A stretch of DNA of 39,178 bases, taken from assembly GCA_016874945.1 (NCBI GenBank), contig VGSO01000001.1, forward strand, positions 1 through 39,178, in the 5' to 3' direction. The notes under the pieces were generated by a model, which saw only the letters and a program-made list of their open reading frames with translations, was not told the origin of the DNA and did not search any database. Shown here piece by piece: positions 17,448 through 25,231 of this stretch. The position numbers were made by a program, and so were the translations under genes. The number at the start of each line of letters is the position of its first letter. The stretch's first letter is position 1. This stretch comes from Deltaproteobacteria bacterium. GTDB lineage: Bacteria; Desulfobacterota; Desulfobaccia; Desulfobaccales; 0-14-0-80-60-11.

Positions 17448-18968
17448 TTAGTTGTTGTTGGATAATATCCCCTCCAAACCGGTTCTTGTTACGCCATCTT
17501 CCACCGCCTCATAGTAATTGGTCTCTATCTTAATGTCTTCCAGCAGCTCATGATAGGCCCCCAGAGCCTCGGGGGTTAGATGCGGCGCTAAGTTATGATT
17601 CTCGGACATATTGGAATTTAGGTTATAAACCTCGAGATTGCCTGGACGGTCTTCAATTATTTTGTAGCCATTCTTTGTAATTACCGCCAGGATATGGGGG
17701 TAATAGTCCACCCCCGTTTTTCTGCACAGGTTGCGCTTGGCCTCCAGTTGGGCTTTAAACTGTTCCGGTAAAACCAACTGGGCCAGGGCCAGTTCCCTCG
17801 TTTGCCCATCCAGAAGAGATAAGGAAGTCCAGGGGCGCGGCATGGGGCTGCCAATGAGGTCCAGGATGGTGGAATAGAAGTCGGTTAAGGACACCAGACG
17901 TTGGTCTTCGCCTTTCTTCCCATACTCCCGGGGAAATTTCACCACCAGGGGAACCCAGATTAACTCGTTGTAGAGAGAAAGGTAATGTCCATAATGCTCC
18001 TTTTCTCCCAGGTGCTCCCCATGGTCGCTGGTGATGATGATCAGTGTTTCATCAAAGTACTTGGTATTTTTAAAAATATCCCATAATTGTCTGATGATGC
18101 GATCCAGAAAATATATCTCATCGTCATACAAGTTTAGGTATTTTCTTATAAAGTTCTCCTTAGCAGGAGAATTTTCGGTCTTATAACAACGTAAACTACT
18201 CAGCAATTGTTTGTCATACCAATGCGAAAATTTTCTGTATCGTAAAGGTGGACGATAACGTTGATGGGCTTCAATAAAATTAATAAATATGAAAAAAGGG
18301 TGATCGTTCTGGACAATATTAGTATCAAAGATTTCGTTAAAAATCTTGACTGTATCCTTGGTAAGGCCTGATGATTTATCTATGGGGGTCGGGTTGAGCA
18401 CGCTTTGCAGACTTGATTTGGCCACCCATTGAACCAACCTGATCAATTCGCCGATCCCCCCATTCTTAGAAAAGTGCTGGAGGGAAGCTTGGCAAAAATG
18501 CCGCACCGATAATTTCCGTGTCAGCTCTATCCAAAGTTCCCTAGAACTCTCCATGGGCTTGTGTTGCATTCTATCCAGAAACTGATCAAAGAGTCCAAAA
18601 CCCAGGTCTTTAAAATAATCGAAATCCGGGCATAATCCTGAAGCGGGGGCCACCAGGCCATTGGCGGAAACACCCAGGGTTTGATAACCCGCCATCTTAA
18701 GAATGGAGGCCAGATGATGCACATTGTCCCACAGGGTCAAATTTCCCTCATAGACACCGTGCTGACTGGGGTACAAGCCGGTGAACATTGAGGCGTGGGA
18801 TGGCATGGTCCAATTGGAGGTGGCAAAGCAACGGGGATACACCATACACTCCCCCGCAATCTCCTCCAGATTGGGGGTGGTGCGTCGCGGGTAGCCATAC
18901 AGAGACAGGTGTTTGGCCCCCACCGTGTCTAGGACGATCAAGATGATATTGGGGGGCTTGGAAGTCAT
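17448..18968 (-). CDS. Sulfatase-like (alkaline phosphatase superfamily) hydrolase/transferase lacking the formylglycine motif
   Basis: The N-terminus PPNIILIVLDTVGAKHL is the metal-binding Asp region. The nucleophile motif reads T-M-P-S-H-ASMFTG (18777-18809) where sulfatases have C/S-x-P-x-R. ITSDHGEHLGE is also present. ATGA overlaps the wzx stop. Confidence 0.85.
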   Translation of the reverse strand: MTSKPPNIILIVLDTVGAKHLSLYGYPRRTTPNLEEIAGECMVYPRCFATSNWTMPSHASMFTGLYPSQHGVYEGNLTLWDNVHHLASILKMAGYQTLGVSANGLVAPASGLCPDFDYFKDLGFGLFDQFLDRMQHKPMESSRELWIELTRKLSVRHFCQASLQHFSKNGGIGELIRLVQWVAKSSLQSVLNPTPIDKSSGLTKDTVKIFNEIFDTNIVQNDHPFFIFINFIEAHQRYRPPLRYRKFSHWYDKQLLSSLRCYKTENSPAKENFIRKYLNLYDDEIYFLDRIIRQLWDIFKNTKYFDETLIIITSDHGEHLGEKEHYGHYLSLYNELIWVPLVVKFPREYGKKGEDQRLVSLTDFYSTILDLIGSPMPRPWTSLSLLDGQTRELALAQLVLPEQFKAQLEAKRNLCRKTGVDYYPHILAVITKNGYKIIEDRPGNLEVYNLNSNMSENHNLAPHLTPEALGAYHELLEDIKIETNYYEAVEDGVTRTGLEGILSNNN

Positions 18969-20443
18969 TTGATCTCCTCAAATTGGGGTTGGCGCAGCAA
19001 CCGGGCAAATTCTTCACGCATAAGTTTGGCCACCACCGCCAGATAGCCCAGAGAAAAGACCACCAGCCCCCCGATGACACCCAAATAAGGTTCAGCAATA
19101 TAGAAAAGCGCCACACCGATGATCCCGCCCACCAGTATTGCCTGGACCTTGCCGGCGAAGGCCTTGATGCCCAGATGGCGCCACACCGCCCAGCTCATCA
19201 ACAGATTGAGAGCTACGAGCCATAATGCCCTGACCCCCGCCAGGCCGGTCAGGCCATATTTCCAGGAGGTGAGGATCATCAAAGGAATACCCACTGCGGT
19301 GGAGCCGGCCTGGATGAGGGTGTAGGACCATTGGTGGCCGGTCATCGCCAGGATGTAGCCCACCGAACCGCAGGCTACGTTGAAGAGCTGGCCCAGGACC
19401 ACCAGGCGCAGGGCCCACTTAGCCTCCACAAATTCCATCCCGAAGAATTGGAGCAGGTCGGCGGCCATGAGGAGACCCACCAGGGATAAGGGCAGGGCCA
19501 AGGAAAAAGTCCAGCCCGCCGTGGCCCGGGCCAACGACTCCAGTCCGGCATGGTCTTGCCAGTGATAAAATTTGGCAAACAGCGGCGGGACCACGGCATT
19601 AATGGCCACCAAGGGAAAGACCACCAGGCTGGCGGTCTTGATGGCGGCCTCATAGTAGGCCACCTTTTCCGGGGTGTTGAAAAGCCCCAGGATGAGGTTG
19701 TCCCACGAACTCATGGAGAGCATGATAATGGAACTTAAAAAGAGAGGCCAACTATAGCGCATCAGTTCACGGAACGAATTCTCCCGGGCGTAAGTTTGGC
19801 ACTTCAAATCCACCCTGAGCTTCACTCCCAGGAAGACCAAACCCAGGACATTGCTTAATAACAGGGCCAATCCCAGGGTCCTGGCGGGCAAAATCACCTG
19901 GGGAACCAGAAAGGCGGGGAGGGTGGCTAAAACCAACATAAGCAGAGGGGTTAAAATACTGTACTGAAAGATTACCCAACGGACCCCTCCCAAGGCTCTA
20001 ATGGTCTCCCGGAACATAAAGGCCGCCACGATGACCGGGAGGGCAAATGCGGCAAAGGTCAACATGGTGGGCAGTTGGGGAGCGTGAAACCGGTGCGCCA
20101 GCCAGTCGCCCAAAAAAAATATCACCAGAGTAAGCACCCCGCTCAACGAGGTTGCCAGGAAGAGAGCCGGCCATAACAGGCGCTGGGCATCTCCGGCCTT
20201 TCCTTTGGCTTGCAGCTCGGCGACAAAACGCAGGATCCCCTGGTCCAACCCCAAACGGCAAAAAACCGCGATGGTTAAGAGCAAATTGGCCACAATGGAA
20301 TAGGTGCCCAGCAGTTGGGCCCCATAAAGACGCGCCACCATCAAAGGTATAAGGTAGGCGATGGGCACGGCCAAGATTTTGAAGCTGAAAACGACCAGGG
20401 AGTCGGTGGCTGTCTGCTTCAGGATAGAGGAAAAAGAAGCCAT
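18965..20443 (-). CDS. wzx: Oligosaccharide flippase (Wzx, MOP superfamily)
   Basis: 492-aa ORF with about 12-14 TM segments and a typical polysaccharide biosynthesis protein N-terminus. The start immediately follows the upstream stop (TAAATG). Confidence 0.85.
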   Translation of the reverse strand: MASFSSILKQTATDSLVVFSFKILAVPIAYLIPLMVARLYGAQLLGTYSIVANLLLTIAVFCRLGLDQGILRFVAELQAKGKAGDAQRLLWPALFLATSLSGVLTLVIFFLGDWLAHRFHAPQLPTMLTFAAFALPVIVAAFMFRETIRALGGVRWVIFQYSILTPLLMLVLATLPAFLVPQVILPARTLGLALLLSNVLGLVFLGVKLRVDLKCQTYARENSFRELMRYSWPLFLSSIIMLSMSSWDNLILGLFNTPEKVAYYEAAIKTASLVVFPLVAINAVVPPLFAKFYHWQDHAGLESLARATAGWTFSLALPLSLVGLLMAADLLQFFGMEFVEAKWALRLVVLGQLFNVACGSVGYILAMTGHQWSYTLIQAGSTAVGIPLMILTSWKYGLTGLAGVRALWLVALNLLMSWAVWRHLGIKAFAGKVQAILVGGIIGVALFYIAEPYLGVIGGLVVFSLGYLAVVAKLMREEFARLLRQPQFEEIK

Positions 20444-21130
20444 TTAGAAATATCCCATGCCCCTTAACCGTTTCATGATCTCCTCTTTGCGTTGATCCCG
20501 GCCCACCCTTTCGGCGCCGCCGGGAATGCCCTTTTTTGTGCAAGGCTCACATCCCAGGCTCCGGTAGCCCCGGCGGTAAAGGCTGGAATAAGGCACCTGG
20601 AAATCGTTAATGTATTGCCAGATATCCATCTCGGTAAAATGCAAGATAGGGTGGACCCTGATATGAGGGGGAGCTTCCCGGAGAGCAAAATACTCTTCCT
20701 TTTGCCGTTCCGGTTGTTCATCCCAACGCATGCCGGTGATCAATGCCTGCCAGCCATAGGTGACGATGGATTTGGCAATCATCTCCACCTTTAGCCTGAA
20801 GCAGCATTCTTCTTTATCTTCCGCAATCTTGAGGGATTTTAGGGCTTCGTCATTACGAACAATGATGAGGTTCAAGTTCCATTCCTGGGCCAGGCGGTCA
20901 CGAAACTCATAAATTTCTTTAAATTTTACGCCCGTATCGATATTCAACACGGGTATGGGGACCTGGCCGCCGCACAAATCCCGGAGCAGATGCAAGGTAG
21001 TGGTGGAATCTTTGCCTCCAGTCCAGGCCAGGGCTATTTGGCCCGGGAACTTGGCCAGGGCTTCTTTCAAGACTTCTTTGCTTTTGGCAATCTTGCTGTC
21101 GAGGTTATTAATGTCCATTCTCCCTTCCAT
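20444..21130 (-). CDS. PAPS reductase/CysD-superfamily PP-loop protein (hybrid of sulfate adenylyltransferase subunit 2 and APS reductase features)
   Basis: PP-loop WTGGKDS lies at 21005-21022. LNIDTGVKFKEIYEFRDR and a C-terminal ...GYF resemble CysD. EECCFRLKVE and SLGCEPCT resemble Fe-S APS reductases. No C-terminal ECG[LI]H is present. Confidence 0.85.
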   Translation of the reverse strand: MEGRMDINNLDSKIAKSKEVLKEALAKFPGQIALAWTGGKDSTTTLHLLRDLCGGQVPIPVLNIDTGVKFKEIYEFRDRLAQEWNLNLIIVRNDEALKSLKIAEDKEECCFRLKVEMIAKSIVTYGWQALITGMRWDEQPERQKEEYFALREAPPHIRVHPILHFTEMDIWQYINDFQVPYSSLYRRGYRSLGCEPCTKKGIPGGAERVGRDQRKEEIMKRLRGMGYF

Positions 21131-21182
21131 TTACTCGAATATTTATAGCGATTGCCAAAAGTTTTTTCCGATTGTTTTTTGA

Positions 21183-21242
21183 CGTAGGGGGCACAGCGTG
21201 CTGTGCCCCTGTACCTTGGGCACGGCGAGCCGTGCCCCTACG
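21183..21242. repeat. Twin GC-rich hairpins (GGGGCACAG/CTGTGCCCC and GGGCACGGC/GCCGTGCCC) bracketed by CGTAGGGG...CCCCTACG
   Basis: Direct reading. It lies in the 229-nt gap between the wzc stop and the next gene's start. It looks like a REP-like element or an intra-operon RNA structure. Confidence 0.7.
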
Positions 21243-21359
21243 GGAAAATTACTTTGGGCAACCCCTATAATAGAATGTTCAGATGAATGCAAATAAAGAC
21301 CTCTTTCCAACTGCTCCTTGGCAAGCCAGTAAATTGCGGCGCCCCAGGTTGCCGGTGAG

Positions 21360-23630
21360 TTATTGCCGGCCTGGCCGGGATTCATCCGAAAGCTCGCCTT
21401 TACCGGATTTTGCAGCGTCGCCATAGTATTTTTGGTAATCCCTGTAGTAGCCGTAGTAGCCGCCATATCCCACGCGAGTCATGGTCAAAATGCCGCCCAG
21501 GATGCGGGTGTGGTTCTGGGTCAACAGTTGGATGGCCAGGCGTCCGATTTCCCGGGTGGTGAAATGGTGTTTGACCACGAACAGGACCCCGTCCACGAAA
21601 GTGGAAATCGTCCGGCCATCGGCAAAACCAATTATGGGGGGGGAATCAATGATGACGTTTTGGTATTCTCTACGGAGATGATTTAAGAGGTTTTCAAAAA
21701 CCGCAGAACTGAAAAGTTCATTGGGGTTGGGTGGAGTTGGCCCCGCCGGAATAAAATATAGGTTAGGTATATCCGTGGGGCGGATAATGTCCTCTAACGC
21801 GGCGGTGCCGGTGAGGTAGTTGGTCAGACCGGGACGGAGGGGCTGATCAAGGACTTGATGAATTCTGGGCTTCCGAAGATCACAGTCCAAGATGACGCAT
21901 CGGCGGTCAGAACCGGCCAACACCGCGGCCAGATTTAAACAAACCGTGGTCTTGCCCTCTGCGGGGCCGCCGCTGGCGATCATGAGGACTCTGGGCGCGG
22001 ACCCTGAGGCTGAGAGTAAGATGGACGTGCGGATGTGTTGGATGGCTTCGCCCATCATCGACATAGGATTGTTATAAGCCATAAGTTCAAAGGGGTTTGT
22101 GGTGGTCGAGGGCAACTTTCGGGAATCGGCGGTGATCATGGGAAGTTTCCATGAATCGGCGCTGACCAGGGGAATCACTCCCAAAGAAGGGATGTGGCAG
22201 ATCTTTTCCATTTCATCGGTGGTCTTGATGGAGTCATCCAGATATTCTACGAAGAAGGCGGTCCCCACACCGAACATGGATCCAATGACCCCGGCCAGGG
22301 CCAGAAACAACAACAATTTGGGGATCCAGGGCTCGTACGGCTCTTTGGCCGGGGTGATTACCGACACGTTGCTGGCCACCATGGTGCTGGCCACGCTGGC
22401 CTCTTTCATGCGGGCCAGCAAGCCTTCATAAAGGGTCTGGTTGGTTTGCAGGTCGCGCTTTAAGACGTGGTGATGCACCAGGAGGTTCTGCAGGTCTATA
22501 ACCCTGGCTTTTTGGAGGTTGTATTCCTGTTGCAGTAAAGCTTCGGCGCGGGAGGCCGCTTCGAAATCCGCCTTGATGCTGGCCTCGAGACGCCTGACCT
22601 CCTGGGCGAGACGCAGACGCAGATCTTTCATCCTGGCGGTAATGGCCGAGTATTCAGGGAATTTGGAGCCGAATATCTTACTTTGTCCGGAAACCGAGGC
22701 CTCGAGGTCAATCAGCGACTGGCGCAATTGAGTGATCAAAGGATGGTTGGTGATCAACGGCGCATCCGCGCCTTTTTCCTTGATCTGGCGATACTGCGCC
22801 TCTTTATTGGCCTTTTCCGCCTGGGCCACGGTCAATAATTTACTCACCTCAATGTACTTCCTGACGACCACGTTTTCCTCGGATCCTTCCAGGGACAAAA
22901 AGTCTTGTTGCTGGCCATGGCCGTAAAGGGTTTTTTCCGAATCTTCCAACTTCCGACCCAGGCGGACAAGCTCCTTATCCAACCATTCCCTCAGCGTGGT
23001 ATAGGACTGCTCCCGGGCGACCATGGCGAGTTTCAGATATTCTTTGGGAATGACTTCCGTGACTTTCCAGGCCAGATTTTTGTCCGTGGATTTATACGAG
23101 ACGTCCACCAGAAATGAATTTTTAGTCGGCTCCACCGTCAGGTTGTCATACATATATTTGGCGTACTTCTCTCGAATAACCCAGGGGGGGTCTTTGGGGT
23201 ACTGTTGTTCCATCTCCTTGTAAGAGGGATGTTCCTTGAGGTTAAGGGTGTCCATGATCCTCAGAAGGATAGTGGGACTTTTCAAGATGCTGTACTGGGT
23301 TTCATAGAACCTATCAATTGAGCTGCTGGCGGTTAAAGCTCCCAGGGGGTCGGAACTTGTCCCTCCCATGATGGCCGAAGGGTTGTCCTGGATGATTTGA
23401 ATGGTGGTGGTGACTTTAAAAATGGGCGACATCAGTAAGCACACCAATAAGGTAGTGGCCACTATCGCCAGCATCACGCCGAGACACCACCACTTGCGCT
23501 TTTTAATGATATTCCAGTAATCCCGTAAATTAGAGGCCTGCTCAAACTCGGTCTTGTAATAAGTTTCCAGTGTCGCCGGCATGGATGGGGAGGTTGACAT
23601 TGGCATCAGACTCTGGGCATCGTTTGGCAT
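21360..23630 (-). CDS. wzc: Polysaccharide co-polymerase / BY-kinase (Wzc/GumC-type tyrosine autokinase)
   Basis: 756-aa ORF. An N-terminal Wzz-like domain with a coiled-coil region precedes Walker A GGPAEGKTT (21945-21971). The C-terminal Tyr cluster GYGGYYGYYRDYQKYYGD lies at 21423-21467. Confidence 0.92.
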   Translation of the reverse strand: MPNDAQSLMPMSTSPSMPATLETYYKTEFEQASNLRDYWNIIKKRKWWCLGVMLAIVATTLLVCLLMSPIFKVTTTIQIIQDNPSAIMGGTSSDPLGALTASSSIDRFYETQYSILKSPTILLRIMDTLNLKEHPSYKEMEQQYPKDPPWVIREKYAKYMYDNLTVEPTKNSFLVDVSYKSTDKNLAWKVTEVIPKEYLKLAMVAREQSYTTLREWLDKELVRLGRKLEDSEKTLYGHGQQQDFLSLEGSEENVVVRKYIEVSKLLTVAQAEKANKEAQYRQIKEKGADAPLITNHPLITQLRQSLIDLEASVSGQSKIFGSKFPEYSAITARMKDLRLRLAQEVRRLEASIKADFEAASRAEALLQQEYNLQKARVIDLQNLLVHHHVLKRDLQTNQTLYEGLLARMKEASVASTMVASNVSVITPAKEPYEPWIPKLLLFLALAGVIGSMFGVGTAFFVEYLDDSIKTTDEMEKICHIPSLGVIPLVSADSWKLPMITADSRKLPSTTTNPFELMAYNNPMSMMGEAIQHIRTSILLSASGSAPRVLMIASGGPAEGKTTVCLNLAAVLAGSDRRCVILDCDLRKPRIHQVLDQPLRPGLTNYLTGTAALEDIIRPTDIPNLYFIPAGPTPPNPNELFSSAVFENLLNHLRREYQNVIIDSPPIIGFADGRTISTFVDGVLFVVKHHFTTREIGRLAIQLLTQNHTRILGGILTMTRVGYGGYYGYYRDYQKYYGDAAKSGKGELSDESRPGRQ

Positions 23631-23810
23631 AGCGCTTATCCTTGCTGATCCGGAATCTCAGACCCTTTAGCCAAGGGTCAAATTTCTGGGGCGGCAGTTA
23701 ATCTGGCCATGGAGTGTTAGGTTACCAAACCTCCAGGCCGCGGCAAAATCCAGGTCAACGTTTCCTGATTTTTCAGGAAAAGACCGCTACGGCTGGCGTC
23801 CAGCCTTTAT

Positions 23811-24854
23811 TTACAACATGGCCGGGATGCCCGCGCCGACGGCGCCGGGGTTAAACATCTTTAAGTCGAAGAGAAACCGGCGCATCCCACTTTCATGCAC
23901 GAATACAATGTCATTTTCCTTGAGGGGCACGTCGGGTTCATGTCCCTTGGTGATAGAGGCGATGTTAATGGGAATGGTCTGGCGCTGGCCATTCTCATCC
24001 ACCCTTAAAATGGTGGCGCTGTTGGAAGCCAGTATTATGTGCTGACCCCCTGCTTGGGCCACCGCCTTGGTCACCGTCATATTGTTCTTGACAGGGACCT
24101 CCCCCGGCTTGTGAACCGCTCCCAGCACAAAGGCGAGATTGGCAAAGGGAACATGGATCACATCCCCGTTCTGGATAGGATAATTCAAATCCACCGCTCC
24201 CTTGAGCAACAGCCGATTTAAATCCACCACCACAGTCTCCGTGCCCGGGGAAAAAGACGAGACGCCACGGGGGGAGGATGATCCTTTCTGGGAGCGGATT
24301 ATATGCGCCACTTCGCCGGCCTTGTCGGAGAGTCCGCCGGCCATCCCCAGCACCTCCAGCAGGTAGCGGGGTCCTATGAGGGCATAATGATCAGGTTTGT
24401 TAACCGCGCCGGTGACGGCCACCTTCTGGTGGCGGAATTCTTTGACGGATACCCTGATTTGAGGGTTCTTGAGAATATCTTCTTCTTTGTATAATTGGAC
24501 CAGCTTCTTTTCAATTTCGTTGGTGGTTAAACCTCCCACCTTGAGTATCCCCACCAGAAGCAGACTGATTTCACCCTGCCCGTTGACCCGGATCTCTGCA
24601 CGCAGCTTGTCGGTGTCCAGGAAATTGATTTCCAGGAGATCCTCCGGGCCGACTTTATAATCTTTAAAATCCACGGCGGAGACCTGGGCCTGGGCCACCT
24701 GCTTTAACAACTGCTCCTGGAGGCGGTTTTTGGCCTGGGAGTCCGCCTGGGCCATGATCTGCGGGGGCGGCAGCTGGGCTCCGGGGCCGCCGCAACCCAA
24801 TGCTCCCAGCAAGATGCCCAAAAACGCCGCCAACCAAGATTTCCCCAATTTCAT
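23811..24854 (-). CDS. wza: Outer-membrane polysaccharide export lipoprotein (Wza-like, Poly_export + SLBB domains)
   Basis: ATG at 24854 (MKLGKSWLAAFLGILLGALGC, lipobox-like) has AGGAA 7 nt upstream, and an alternative ATG lies at 24869. PEDLLEINF and NGDVIHVP motifs are present. Confidence 0.9.
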   Translation of the reverse strand: MKLGKSWLAAFLGILLGALGCGGPGAQLPPPQIMAQADSQAKNRLQEQLLKQVAQAQVSAVDFKDYKVGPEDLLEINFLDTDKLRAEIRVNGQGEISLLLVGILKVGGLTTNEIEKKLVQLYKEEDILKNPQIRVSVKEFRHQKVAVTGAVNKPDHYALIGPRYLLEVLGMAGGLSDKAGEVAHIIRSQKGSSSPRGVSSFSPGTETVVVDLNRLLLKGAVDLNYPIQNGDVIHVPFANLAFVLGAVHKPGEVPVKNNMTVTKAVAQAGGQHIILASNSATILRVDENGQRQTIPINIASITKGHEPDVPLKENDIVFVHESGMRRFLFDLKMFNPGAVGAGIPAML

Positions 24855-24947
24855 TTTACGGTTCCTCATAAAGCTTGTGTAAACTCCCCCCCATCGGGGG
24901 ATTAACCTAAATATTTCACCTCATAGTCTTAAGCCGGTTTCTGATAA

Positions 24948-24975
24948 AGTATACTCCTGAAGACAAAATTGTCAA
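24948..24975 (-). promoter_or_regulatory. Candidate sigma70 promoter of the EPS operon (TTGACA-16 nt-TATACT on the minus strand)
   Basis: The minus strand reads TATGCTTGACAATTTTGTCTTCAGGAGTATACTTTATCAG. It lies in an AT-rich 360-bp gap, about 75-90 nt upstream of the wza start. Confidence 0.55.
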
Positions 24976-25174
24976 GCATACATCTACGCTGTCTCGTATA
25001 GATAATATTTACTTTATATTACTACCCTTATACAGAAGAGTTGCATTCGAAATCGTTTTATTTTATCCGATTTTTTCAGGAAATATATAGAAATAATGCC
25101 TTTTTCACTTCCAATCCATTTTTTAGTTATCTGCTTATAATAATTATTTTTTTGCCGAAAACAGAAATAACCAA

Positions 25175-25208
25175 GGCGGCCGGGTCCCCTTGGGAGAACC
25201 CGGCCGCC
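25175..25208 (-). terminator. Intrinsic terminator after the cytochrome c peroxidase gene
   Basis: A 10-11 bp GC stem (GCGGCCGGGT / ACCCGGCCGC) sits 24 nt after the stop. On the minus strand it is followed by TTGGTTATTTCTGTTTTC. Confidence 0.55.
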
Positions 25209-25231
25209 GGGAAAGTAACTTCGCCCTCCTG

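Noticed and set aside
20444-21130. Simple annotation as the assimilatory PAPS reductase CysH.
   Set aside because: The C-terminal ECG[LI]H catalytic motif is missing and several blocks look more like CysD. It is embedded in an EPS operon, so only the superfamily assignment is retained.
21143-21466. A 107-aa minus-strand ORF spanning the twin hairpins and overlapping the 3' end of wzc.
   Set aside because: It overlaps the wzc Tyr-cluster coding region in another frame and runs through the GC hairpin repeat. There is no SD.
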